A DNA stretch of 64,000 nucleotides from Octopus sinensis (lineage: Eukaryota): assembly GCF_006345805.1 (NCBI RefSeq), contig NC_042997.1, forward strand, positions 115,382,001 through 115,446,000, given 5' to 3'. Both the position numbers and the translations under genes were made by a program. Below, piece by piece: positions 38,615-52,204 of this stretch. Position 1 is the stretch's first letter; the number at the start of each line of letters is the position of its first letter. Below the pieces are notes generated by a model. That model worked only from the letters and a program-made list of their open reading frames with translations. It was not told the origin of the DNA and did no database searches.

Positions 38615-38828
38615 GTGTGTATGTATGTTTGCGTGTCTGTATTTGTTCCCACCCCATCGCTTGACAGCTGATGTTTGTGTGTTTACGTCCCGTTAGCTAG
38701 CGGTTCAGCTCAAAAGACCGATAGAATAAGTACTAGGCTTACAAAAGAATAACACCTGGGGTCGATTCGTTCGACTAAAGGCGGTGCCCCGGCATGGCCA
38801 CAGTCAAATGACTAGAACAAGTAAAAGA

Positions 38829-38830
<2 letters not shown>
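38372..38830 (+). mobile_element. CORE-like SINE, full length (further fragments at 37860-38190, minus)
   Basis: family match. Confidence 0.8.
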
Positions 38831-38868
<38 letters not shown>

Positions 38869-40155
38869 CATATATATATTGTATCTACTGTATATATCAT
38901 ATACACACGCACATATGTGTGTAGCTATAGTTGGCTTCCCGCTCTCGTTAAAAGGTATGGGGATGAGGCGATTCAGTTGGACAACATCACTAAAAATACC
39001 CTGATAAAGGATGAGATGTTTTTTGTTGGTTTTGTTTTACTGTGTTTGTAACGTTACACCTAACTCTAAGTTCTTTTCATCTTATCTGCTTGCATTTTTT
39101 CACTCTATTTGTTGATTAAACTTATATTTATTCTCTTTCATTTGTCCTTCTGTCTGTATGTCCCCCTCTGTTTCTGTAGCTGACTTTTTAAAAATTTTTA
39201 TTTGCTAAGACAACCACTCATTGGCGTTGTGTCACGAATTACGAAATGATTCGGCGTTGGATGAAGGAGGAATGAAGACGTGGATACGACACCGATTTGA
39301 GAAGTAATATCTCAACTAATTACACATACACACAAGCACGCACGCTCAGAGAACGCCCACCTATTCTGTGTATGTGTGTATGAAACTGTAATTAGTATGA
39401 TAATCTTTATAGTACATATACATGTTTCAGAAAATCGACTGTCGTTATTATGCAAAGTCATTAATCTTATACTGTAATATTACCGATCCTCCTCCCTAGC
39501 ATTCGCAACACACTTCTATAGTACACTACACATATATACAAACATAAATATACACACGCACATACATACGTACACACACACATACACACACACACGTATA
39601 CACATTTATGTAGGTATGTTTATATGCGCTTGACGCGTGAAAATTAAACCACATAGATTTTGGCTCCAGTGTTAATCTCGTTACACTCCCACCGACGCAT
39701 GTACACACAGGTTATCCGTATCGGACGGTGGGCTAGGGCGTAATACAAAGGGGACAACAATAATCCTTGCTACCAAAGGCACAAGGCCTGAATTTTAGGG
39801 GAAGAGGCCAGTCGATTACATCTACCCTCGGACAGAACTGGTACTTATTTTATAGACCCCGAAAGGATGAAAGGCAAAGTCGACCACGGCGGAATTTGAA
39901 CTCAGAACGTAGCAACGGGCGAAATACTGCTAAGCATTTCGTCCGGCGCGCTGACGATTCTGCCAGCTCACCGCCTTTATGAGCACGGCAATAATAACAG
40001 AAAAGAACATGGGTGTAACTTGCTAATACTCTATTTCAATTGTTACAAACGGTTCAGTATTCGGTAACACATGACGTCACCCTACAGATGCAGCTTATGG
40101 GGCAGCCATGGGGCAAACATATCTCAGATAATCGACAAATAAACGCATATATCTC

Positions 40156-40214
<59 letters not shown>

Positions 40215-40217
<3 letters not shown>

Positions 40218-40550
40218 TTTCTACTCTAGGCGCAAGGCCCGAAATTTTGGGGGAGGTGGCCAGTCGATTAGATTGATCCAGTACACAACTGGTACTTAAT
40301 TTATCGACGACGAAAAGTTGAAAGGCAAAGTCGACCTCGGCGGAATTTGAACTCACAACGTAAAAACAAGAAATACCCATTTCTTTACTATCCACAAGGG
40401 GCTAAACACAGAGGGGACAAACAAGGACAAACAAACGGATCAAGTCGATTACATCGACCCCAGTGCGTAACTGGTACTTATTTAATCGACCCCGAAAGGA
40501 TGAAAGGCAAAGTCGACCTCGGCGGAATTTGAACCAGAACGTAGCGACAT
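40215..40550 (-). mobile_element. Head-type-2 SINE dimer, 5'-truncated
   Basis: two body units, tail 1 then tail 2. Confidence 0.8.
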
Positions 40551-41279
40551 AAATATATATATGCTACGGGCTTCTTTCAGTTTCCATCTATCAAATCCAC
40601 TTATAAGGCTTTGGTCAGCCCGATGCTATAATAGGCACCACATAGTGGGACTGAACCCGGATCCATGTGGTTTGGAAGCGAGCTTCTTACCACGCAGCAA
40701 CTCCTGCGCCTGGATTGAGGGAGTGGAACGGGTAAAATGCTCGCTACATATGTTTCTTCTTTAGCTGAAGTAATAGTTATACGACGAGTAATGCTCAACA
40801 TGGCTAATCATCAGGCTGTGATTAACGAAATGAAGTGACGGTTACATTGTCGCTCGGACAACGTTTCATATCCTACATCGTCCACGTTTTGTCCGCTATA
40901 CTTTCCACTCACTGCCTGAAACTTACTGACTTTCAACACTCGGATCCTTGGACTGTATTCCCCCCACCCACACACACACGAACGCACGCGCACACACATG
41001 TGGGACGAGAGAATGTGTGACAGTGTTAGACGGATCAATACATACACACGAATTATTTTTATAAATCTCAGTTGTTTATGTAAATCAAACGATCAGTACA
41101 CCATAAAGAATTTACTTTTACAGGGCTGTTGACCCTACTTACTGAAAACCCCATGAACTGAGTAAGGGCGCTTCCTACTGTTATGTAGGCTTCTACAGTA
41201 TATTTTACGGTTTCCAAATAAGTTGGGGTGTTAAACATTAATCAATATGTCGCCCGCTCTTATTTCTATCATGTATTAA

Positions 41280-41914
41280 CCCGTTAGCATTCATATTACT
41301 CTATCGTATGAAAGCTTTGTTTAGTTACATTGTTTTAAATTAACCTATTTCTTTACTACCCACAAGGGGCTAAACACAGAGGGGACAAACAAGGACAGAC
41401 AAACGGATTAAGTCGATTATATCGACCCCAGTGCGTAACTGGCACTTATTTAATCGACCCCGAAAGGATGAAAGGGAAAGTCGACCTCGGCGGAATTTGA
41501 ACTCACAACGTAAAAATAGAAGAAATACCTATTTCTTTATTACCCACAAGAGGCTAAACATAGAGGGGACAAACAAGGACAGACATAGGTATTAAGTCGA
41601 TTACATCGACCCCAGTGCGTAACTGGTACTTAATTTATCGACCCCGAAAGGATGAAAGGTAAAGTCGACTTCGGCGGAATTTGAACTCAGAACGTAACGG
41701 CAGACGAAATACGGCTAAGCATTTCGCCCGGCGTGCTAACGTTTCTGCCTAAATTAACCGTGTATTATTTGGCAATTTGGCGATTCCGATGATGTAACTG
41801 TTTATTTTTAAGAATGACATTGTAGGGCAGGCGTGAAAGACCAAATTTTCCCCGTTTGAACATAAAGCATATAGAATATTTGGGCCTGACATGGGCGGTC
41901 TAAATGCTAAAGGG
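41280..41914. mobile_element. piggyBac-type MITE interrupted by a SINE
   Basis: TTAA-CCCGTTAGCATTCA ... TAAATGCTAAAGGG-TTAA. Confidence 0.65.
41346..41750 (-). mobile_element. Head-type-2 SINE dimer, 9-bp TSD
   Basis: TSD AAATTAACC at 41337-41345 and 41751-41759. Confidence 0.85.
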
Positions 41915-43635
41915 TTAATGTCCAGTCCAATTCAACGACCCGTCACAAATGTTTGTTTACTTCCATCGCCTCAGCCTTAACGTTGAGTGTTTTATGAAGT
42001 CAGCTGAGGTCGTCTGCTGATAATAATACCACCATCATAATATTATTTTACGTTAAAATTATATCGCTGCATCTTCTTACCAGGATTGAATGTTTAGCGA
42101 TGATTTCGAACGATGCTGGTTACGATATCGATCATAATTAACTATTGATGACGATCGGCTGCTTCATGAAGTTTAGTCTTTCGCGACGGAATTTTATTTT
42201 AATGAGCCAATACGTTTCTATTTTCTATTTTATTATTTTTATTAAAACATATTTCTCCGTTTTTGTATTTGAACCAAGCGATAATCTAAAGGAACAAACG
42301 TTTCATTAATTTAATGAGACATTCCTTGAATAAAAATATCCAAATTTAAAATTTACATTGTAACTACTTTAATATCAATATTAATGAAGAGGAAAAGTTT
42401 CTGTTTTGTCGGATTGTTTTCGTATTTTGTTTTTGTTTTGCTTCTTTAATTTTAGACTTGAATCACAGACGGAGAAGTGAATAGATATCGCAGCTCGTTG
42501 CTTTAATGGCTAAAGACTGATCTCATCGCAAAAAAACAAACTGGCTCTACCTGATCTGGAATAATTTAAGATTTTATTTTTCAATATTCATGTTATTGAT
42601 GAATATTTTCTGACGGTGTCGCATGCATTAACATTTTAAATTCGTTGAAAGCGTTTTAAACCGAATTTTCCCCTTCCATGCGATGAATCATACGTAAAAA
42701 GTCGCGGCAAAGTGCGGCGTTATTTATCTGTGGCGAAACGAAAAAACAGAAAAGATAAAACAAAGTAGTTATCTACCCTTGCAACTGGTAACCCGTCTCG
42801 TGACAATTTGACCGACATATGATAAATTCTGTAACGGCAGCAAATAGTTTAGCCTTAAACATTATCACTTGAAAGTGAATAAATATTAAATAGTGAATAA
42901 ATTGTTTATTTGATAGATACATGGAGACCATTTATAGACGAGTGGGCGGCTGCTTTCAGTTTTGTCAGCGAAACTAAAACTGAAACATAAAATATATTTA
43001 AAGTAAATATACAAAATAAAATGTAAACTTCTTTAAGGGATTAACTTAAGACTGACCTCGTGTAATCTATAGCAAAGTGACTGAATCTAATAATCAGTTT
43101 GACCTGCTGTGACCTAAAGGGGCATTGACTACATGTAATCACCCAGATAGTGGAGATAAAAGAAAAGAAAGAATAAGTAGGTTTCGCAAATAATTTGACT
43201 TATTTTGAAGAAAACGTCTGACCTTTGTAATAAGATTTATTTTGACAAGCAGATAGATCCATGCACTTGTTGTTGATAAAGAAGATTTTGTGAGTGAACT
43301 GCAGCAGAATCTTGCAGAATCTACTTTTAGGTCACTGGTTTATCTCAACTAATTTGCAGAATTATTAAGACTTGCTGTGTTAGCTATTAAAGAGCTTCTT
43401 TCATTTTTAATTGCTTTTCACTAAGGATCATTGAAAAATTTCAATGAAAGACACACACACACACACACACACATGTATGCATGCGTCTATGTATGTGTTT
43501 GCATGAATGAATGTATGTTTGCATGTATGTCTGCATGTATGTATGTATGTATGTTTTGGACACAATATTGACTTATAAAGCCTTTAATATACATAGTAGT
43601 ATATTATGGTCGAATAACGAAACACGGTGTTATTA

Positions 43636-44176
43636 TGCATGCATACATACATACATACATACATACATACATGCATACATACATACATACATACATACAT
43701 ACATGCATACACATACATACATACATACATACATACATACATACATACATACATACATACATACATACATACATACATACATACATACATACATACATGC
43801 ATGCATACATACATACATACATACATACATACATGCATGCATGCATACATACATACATACATACATACATACATACATGCATGCATACATACATACATAC
43901 ATACATACATACATACATACATGCATGCATACATACATACATACATACATACATACATGCATACATACATACATACATACATACATACATACATACATAC
44001 ATACATACATACATGCATACATACATACATACATACATACATACATACATACATACATACATACATACATACATGCATGATACATACATACATACATACA
44101 TACATACATACATGCATGCATACATACATACATACATACATACATACATACATACATGCATACATACATACATACA
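43636..44176. repeat. (TACA)n array with TGCA variants
   Basis: about 540 bp; explains six spurious ORFs. Confidence 0.95.
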
Positions 44177-44965
44177 AATCTGGAATACATGCCCAAAGAA
44201 GTCGCACGACTCTACCGCAACGTTTTAACAGATGAAAGAATGAGCCTATATGAGCAGAAGAAAATGCATGGATATGTTAGTAGAAAGCTCCGTGATGATA
44301 GTAACATCGATCATCAAAGCAGTTTATCATGGACGAATAGCCGGATTACTACCTCCCACTTTGAAGGATATGAGTTTGTAATCCAGGAACAGGAAGTATC
44401 AACCAAATGGTGGAAGCACTCCGTCGGTTACGACGATGAGGGTTCCGGTTGATCCGAATCAACGGAACAGCCTGCTCGTGAAATTAACGCGCAAGTGGCT
44501 GAGCACTCCACAGACACGTGCACCCTTAACGTAGTTCTCGGGGATATTCAGCGTGACACAGAGAGTGACAAGGCCGGCCCCTTGAAATACAGGTACAACA
44601 GAAACAGGAAGTAAGAGTGAGAGAAAGAGTATAGCAGGGATCACCACCATCCCCTGCCGGAGCCTCGTGGAGCTTTTGGGTGTTTTCGCTCAATAAACAC
44701 TCACAACGCCCGGTCTGGGAATCGAAACTGCGATCCTATGACCGCGAGTCCGCTGCCCTAACCACTGGGCCATTGCGCCTCCATCAACCAAATACCTGAT
44801 GCACAAAAGGGATAGAGATGCAGCAGTAAAATGTGACAACCAATGCAGACTTTGTGGAGTTCACACCGAAGATATCATCCACATCAAAGCAGTTGGTCCG
44901 AAAATATCATCACAGTTTATCTACCGATGAGACATGATGTTGTAGCTAGGGCGCCCTATAATGAG
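44177..44965 (+). mobile_element. R4/Dong-clade retrotransposon C-terminal relic, split by a SINE
   Basis: KMHGY..SLSW..EGYEFVIQEQEVSTK|YLMHKR..QCRLCGVHTEDIIHI..MRHDVVAR. Confidence 0.7.
44409..44782 (-). mobile_element. tRNA-derived SINE, head type 1 with body C, 11-bp TSD
   Basis: TSD ATCAACCAAAT at 44398-44408 and 44783-44793. Confidence 0.9.
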
Positions 44966-44987
44966 GTTTATCATTCGAATATATATG

Positions 44988-45147
44988 AACTGGTGTGGCT
45001 GTGTGGTAAGTAGCTAGCTAACCAACCACATGGTTCCGGGTTCAGTCCCACTGCGTGGCATCTTGGGCAAGTGTCTTCTGCTATAGCCCCGGGCCGACCA
45101 ATGCCTTGTAAGTGGATTTGGTAGACGGAAACTGAAAGAAGCCTGTC

Positions 45148-45199
<52 letters not shown>

Positions 45200-45424
45200 G
45201 TGTGTGTTTGTGTGTCTGTGTTTGTCCCCTCAACATCGCTTGACAACCGATGCTGGGTGTTTACGTCCCCGTCACTTAGCGGTTCGGCAAAAGAGAACCG
45301 ATAGAATAAGTACTGGGCTTACAAAGAATAAGTCCCGGGGTCGATTTGCTCGACTAAAGGCGGTGCCCCAGCATGGCCGCAGTCAAATGACTGAAACAAG
45401 TAAAAGAGTAAAAGAGTAAAAGAG
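44988..45424 (+). mobile_element. CORE-like SINE, full length, close to consensus
   Basis: family match. Confidence 0.9.
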
Positions 45425-45717
45425 AACATGTCTAGATAAGTAACTATATGCTTGAAAATACATACATAGAACAAAATATTCAAATCTGCACATATACATA
45501 CATGCATACATACATACATAGATACATATATGCATACATACATACATACATACATACATACATACATACATACATACATACATACATACATACAAAAATA
45601 CCCTGTTGTTGATGTTGAAATTTCAATGAAGGAGCCTTGGATCTAGGCTAGAAACCGATTCTTTCTCTATTGGCAAGAAATCTTGATATAAACTGAATAA
45701 TGACACACACACACACA

Positions 45718-46288
<571 letters not shown>

Positions 46289-46402
46289 TTTATCGTAATG
46301 AAAAAAAAAACGAAGGAAAACACAATAAGAAAAAATAACAGCGACGCGAAGACGTGGTACATGGAAAGTATTAAAAGACGCTCAGGGAAGGGAAAAAAGG
46401 GT

Positions 46403-46437
46403 GTTTAACGTTTCGAACAAAGTTCTTCATCAGAAAG
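46403..46437 (-). ncRNA. Canonical minimal hammerhead in PLE terminal fragment (46290-46445, family C)
   Basis: TTT-CTGATGA-A-GAAC(TTT)GTTC-GAAAC-GTT-AAA. Confidence 0.7.
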
Positions 46438-46536
46438 TTCTTTCTTAGATAAGAGAGTTAAGATATAATATATATATATATGTATATATGTGTTATATTA
46501 TATAATATATATTATATATATATATATTATATATAT

Positions 46537-46579
<43 letters not shown>

Positions 46580-46616
46580 CATACATACATATACATACAT
46601 ATATATATATATATAT

Positions 46617-46708
<92 letters not shown>

Positions 46709-46710
<2 letters not shown>

Positions 46711-48589
46711 AAATAGAAGATGAATAATCTTGTTGACAGATTAAACAAAAGTTTAACCGATACCTTGGTAGCAAAAATCACAGCAGAAGGACAGCACGGT
46801 TGGACGTACAACCATATGGTGTTGCAACCGTGCGTGGTGCGGATAATTGAATTTTAATATTATTAGTGATTGAAGAAATGGAGTTGAACGAAGATTGAAC
46901 AGAATCGTTTTATTTCATTCTACATGTTTCGAAAGGCACAATTTACCAAATTCCGATTGAATAATGAGACCATATTGTGTCTTTCACTTCAGGAAGAAAT
47001 AGGAAATCCGTTGGAAAAAAACAAAAAACAGAACAGAGGCGGAGCAAAACAAATCGAACTAGGCTCCTAAGAGCCCATGGCCAAACTGTTATCAGTGTAT
47101 GTTGAAAACGGGGTGGTGGGTGCGTTGAAGATTTTAACGGGTCAGGCAGCGGTCATTTCGGTGGGTGAGGGCACGGGGTGTGTAGATGTTCTTTGTGACC
47201 GAGAGAGTAAAGTTCTGACTATTTAAAGGATATTATATGTATTATATGGGGCGAGACAAAATCTACTTAGGGACATGTGTGTGTTTACTGTTTATATATG
47301 TGTACGGGCGCAAGTGTGGCAAGAAGCGCCTACATTCTGGTCACTGCCGAGAAATCCGTCAAGGGGTAGAAAACCATTTTATTGTACGTGTGTGCGTTTG
47401 ATCGCGCGGCTGTCAGTTGGTAAACAACTCTACACAATGGTCACTGCAGTAAGATCGTCGGGCGGCAGAAAAATATTTATGTGTGCGTGTGTTCGTCTAA
47501 TCATGCCTTGTCAAAAAAACCCCCCGTCGTCAAAAACAAAGCCCCATTCTTCTCACAGGAGTAATCCCCTTGCAATGGTTAATCATATTTCTCTTAAAGG
47601 CTTTTTCAGAATTTATTACCAAGGGCTATTTTCATATAAGTAGTAGTAACCGGGTGCAGGTATTATTTATAAGCGTTATTTATAAGCAAGATAAGTATAA
47701 CGCCCGCCAATGGGGGCATCGAAAAGCCGACTGTAAAAGTCCGTTTACCATCGGTCTCTGGCGAACAATATATGGAAGAGTTCGGAGACACAAAGGTCTT
47801 GCACTTCCTTCTGCCCTATCAAATGGGAGGGCCACCGACAAAATTGACCATTCAGCCTGTAGCTTGAGTTCGTATTCTTCAATCGCCATATTAGCTTGCT
47901 AAGTCCCGTGGTCTGGCGTTTATTCATGTCTCGAAAAGTTGCGTAATGGTTGGAGATTCGTGATTAGACGAACACACGCACACATAAAATATTTTTCTGC
48001 CGCCCGACGGATCTTACTGCAGTGACCATTGTGTAGAGCTGTTTACCAACTGACAGCCGCGCGATCAAACGCACACACGTACACATAAAATGTTTTCTAA
48101 CCCTTGACGGATTTCTCGGCAGTGACCAGAATGTAGCGCTTCTTGCAAACTTGCGCCCGTACACATATATAGAACGTAAACACACAATGTCTCTAAGTAG
48201 ATTTGTCTCGCCCCATATAATACATATAATATCTTTAAATAGTCAGAACTTTACTCTCGGTCACAAAGAACATCTACACACCCCGTGCCCTCACCCACCG
48301 AAATGACCGCTGGCCTGACCCGTTAAAATCTTCAACGCACCACCACCCGTTTTCAACATACACTGATAACAGTTTGGCCATGGGCTCTTAGGAGCCTAGT
48401 TCGATTTGTTTTGCTCCGCCTCTATTCTGTTTTTGTTTTTTCCAACGATTTCCTATTTTTCCTGAAGAGAAAGACACAATATGGCTCATTTATTCAATCG
48501 GAATTTGGTAAATTGTGCCTTTCGAAACACGTGTAGAATGAAATAAAAACGATTTCTGTTCAATCTTCGTTCAACTCCATTTCTTCAAT

Positions 48590-48594
<5 letters not shown>
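46709..48594 (-). mobile_element. 5'-truncated PLE with about 635-bp inverted terminal repeats
   Basis: arms 46865-47503 and 47961-48594; spacer encodes GIY-YIG C-terminus (RISNHY..TGLSKLIWRLK..WSIL..LCL..CPH); both ends in (TA)n. Confidence 0.85.
48455..48545 (+). ncRNA. Type I hammerhead with long stem II
   Basis: TTC-CTGAAGA-GAAAGACACAAT...ATTGTGCCTTTC-GAAAC-ACGT-GTA-GAA; mirror copy at 46912-47002 (minus) has CTGAAGT. Confidence 0.8.
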
Positions 48595-48642
<48 letters not shown>

Positions 48643-48649
48643 TATATAT

Positions 48650-48685
<36 letters not shown>

Positions 48686-48694
48686 AATATATAC

Positions 48695-48725
<31 letters not shown>

Positions 48726-48734
48726 CATATACTT

Positions 48735-48773
<39 letters not shown>

Positions 48774-48893
48774 TACATATATATATATATATACATATAT
48801 ACATTATACATAATATATATATCTACATATATACATATATACATATACTTATACATACATATATATATATAATATATGCATACATACATATGG

Positions 48894-48928
<35 letters not shown>

Positions 48929-48939
48929 TAATAATATAA

Positions 48940-49315
48940 TCTTTTACTCGTTTGTTATTAGACAGCGACCATGCTGGGGTATTGTCAGAATCTATAGTAG
49001 ATTTTACTTATTCTATCAGTCGCTTTTGTTAAGCCGCTAAGTTACGAGAACCAACTGGGAGGACAAACATACACACACACACAAACATACACACGCGCGC
49101 GCACATCTACACAGGCACATAAACACATACTCACGCACACTCACACACACACGACGAGCTTCTTTCAATTTCCGTCTGTCAAATCCACTCACAAAGCTTA
49201 GGTCGGTCCAAAGCTATAGGAGATGACACTTGCCCAAGGTGCCACCACACAGTGGGGCTGAACCCGGAATCATGTGGTTGGCAAGCTAGCTTCTTACCAC
49301 ACAGCCACCTTAGCG
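48940..49315 (-). mobile_element. CORE-like SINE, diverged
   Basis: family match. Confidence 0.7.
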
Positions 49316-49623
49316 TCCAAGAATGTCATTTTCTCAACCCATAGGTTTCATAAGGCCGACTACCCGGTTTTCATGGCGACATGTGACTGAGATCAAAGCT
49401 GATCTATTACTGGGTCCAAGGCTAGCATTTTTGAGGAGAGGGGCGATTTGTTTACAACGATCTCAATACTTGACTGGAGCTTTATTTTATCGACCCCGAT
49501 GGAATGAAAGGCAAAGTTAAATTCTGAGATTTGAACTCAGAATGTAAAACGCCGAACAAACGTTACTAAGTATTTTGTCCGACGTCCTAACCATTCTAAG
49601 AGCCGGCCACCTTTTATGACACA

Positions 49624-49685
<62 letters not shown>

Positions 49686-49704
49686 ATGCAAAAACACACA
49701 CGCA

Positions 49705-49737
<33 letters not shown>

Positions 49738-49800
49738 ATTTTTATTTTACCCTTTGCTCTTGTCAGTTTGTTCTCCACACTCCATAATTTCAGTCTATAT

Positions 49801-50468
49801 TTAGTTCAGAATCAACAGGCTTCGGTGTTCGTAGTGATAACCTGTAAGTTTCAATAATTCAGCGGTTCTACCCTGGGTAGAAGCTCGGTTGCAGATAAGA
49901 CACTTGGTTGTTTTCTCTGCCTTTGTCACTTTTGTGTTACGCTGCTCCGTGAACTTACGGGAGGATACATCGTTTAAGATCCTTACGTAGCCCAGCAACT
50001 TGCTCTCGGTCTTGATGTCCGGACGGCCGTAAGCTTTACCCTTTTGTTTTAATAAGGTATCAGTCCAGGTATCTATCAGGGTTTCTCATATTTGGTCTTT
50101 CGAGGGGACCACGAAAAACATCCCATTTGTTCTGGACTGTGATTTGTGCAAGCTCAAATAATGAAGGCAATTTTAGTACACCGTCTTCATTTGTGCATTC
50201 ATAGCTCGGCAGAAGACAATATTTATGTGTGCGAATGTTTGTGTTGTTGCCAATAAAGTCGCTAAAAATGTTCACACTTGTAGCATTGTTGATGGAAATG
50301 CCATTAAGTTTCTTTTTTCTTTTAAAATGTGTCTCTTTTATACATTTAACAATGTTTTCTTGTTCATCTTCTGTTTTTCTTTCTCTGTTTGATCGTCTTC
50401 ATTTCTATTTTGTCTTTCCTTTTAAGAAAGTGTCTGTGGTGGCTATTTCTTGTAGTTATTTTGCCCAT
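49801..50468 (-). other. Candidate terminal coding exon or pseudo-exon (frameshifted), BC-box-like motif
   Basis: polypyrimidine plus TAG acceptor at 50469; non-repetitive ORFs 50060-50275 and 49801-49998; PSLFELAQITV; AATAAA at 49741-49746. Confidence 0.3.
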
Positions 50469-50698
50469 CTATACGAGTAAAGAAAGAAAGAAAAATGTAA
50501 TTTGTCTTAATAAAAAAAAAAGAAGAAAAACGAACCTTATTCCTTCGTCTGAACACTAAGTGTAGACTTGAAAATTCAGAAGGTATTTTTGTGTATGAAT
50601 AAATAAATTTAAAAAAAAAAAATTTCATACGGTTTCATACGAGGTAGAATACAATGTTTTGAAGAGTAACTTGAAAACGCATCTAAGTAGGTGAGCAG

Positions 50699-50767
<69 letters not shown>

Positions 50768-50810
50768 GCATGCACTGCTCTCTCACTCAATAATAATAAT
50801 AATAATAATA

Positions 50811-51356
50811 AATGCTGTGATGCAGTACTAGGCAGTGGCTTTCGTAGCTTCTGATCTTAACTGATTGTTTTGTCTTGGTATAAAAGATGGGCTACAGCAA
50901 ACATTCTGCTTAATCCCCCCACCCCCCATTTGCTTGTCAGTTGCTTGATCTTAATCAGTTGAGCATATCTCTTGGTGGCTGACGATATGTGTCACTCTGA
51001 TCACGAGCAGAAGTAATGGGTGGAGCATCATAGCCATGTGTTGAAAGGAATTCTTTGGAGATTGGATAATTCACCTCTGGAAACAGGGGTGTTTCGTTCA
51101 ACATCCTTATGCAACCCTTATTCAGGGACCTTTTGAGCGGGATGGGCCACTCAACCCAAAGAAACTTCTAACCGGGCCCCACCTGCAAGGTCATGCGCCG
51201 TTCATCTTGATATGAGAACACCATGTCGCGCATGTATGGTTGTGATACATGTGCCTAGTCTACCCTTATCAGACGTGGGTAGTCATGATGGGCATATTGG
51301 ACTTCGTATATTTGTGCTTCAGTGTCACTTTGATGGCATGCACTGCCCTCTCACTC
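50811..51356 (+). mobile_element. (AAT)n-flanked retroelement 3' segment (probable R4/Dong-like 3' UTR)
   Basis: (AAT)n both sides; 3'-terminal TGGCATGCACTGCYCTCTCACTC also present alone at 50766-50788. Confidence 0.5.
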
Positions 51357-52204
51357 AATAATAATAATAATAATGACTCTTTCTAATTTTAGCATAAAGC
51401 CAGTAATTTTAGACAGAGGAGAGTAGTCATTACCATCGACCTCAGTACATTTGTAGTACTTTATTTTATCGACCCCGAAAAGTTGAAAGGCAAAGTCGAT
51501 CTCGGCGGCATTTGAACTTAGAACGTAAACAACGAGAAGAAACGCCGCTAAGCATTTTGTCCAACAATGACGACGATAACAACTACGGATGCAAATAGCC
51601 AACAAACAAGCGGAATGTGTTATTATTACGTCGGGGCTTATTTAAAAGAAGCATACTCTCATGTATTCTTAATAACGTTTATCTTTCATTAAAGTTTTCT
51701 TGTCAAAGAAATGATAAAAAGCTCGACTAATTTGAAAATAGCCATAAATCAGAGATAAACACTTTACGAATCTAAGCCATTTACTGGATGAAGGAAAATG
51801 GTGGCTATGATGGCGGCGATTCGGGAGAGGAATTGCGCTTAGAAGAACAAATGTTAAATAAATAAAATACAAAATATTTTAAAACTAAAACATATCTAAT
51901 TATATCCGGACAGTTTTTAATTTAAACACCCATTATTTATTGCTGATGTTCTTGTGGTTATGACTAAGCAGACCAATCTTTGATCATAGCTCTTCCAGTG
52001 GCAGCCATCCCATCATATCTTTTATTTTACCGTTTTACTTGTTTCGGTCATTGGACTGCGGCCATGTTGGGGGCACCGTCATGGGGAGTTTTTGTCGGAC
52101 AAATCAACTCCAGTACTTATTAAAAAAAAATCAGGTATCAATTCTATCGGTCTGCTTGTCTGGTTTCAGAAATCAGTAACTGATCCAATGGGCCCCGATG
52201 AGTG

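Noticed and set aside
39181-39305. Strong splice acceptor and short open frame (HSLALCHELRNDSALDEGGMKTWIRHRFE)
   Set aside because: The main acceptor leads to stops in all frames and the peptide is unrecognised
40805-40900. CTGATGA and GAAACGTT words on the minus strand
   Set aside because: Wrong order or spacing, and no stem II linking them
43250-43450. Protein-like frame HALVVDKEDFVSELQQNLAESTF...
   Set aside because: Interrupted by stops, with no family motif
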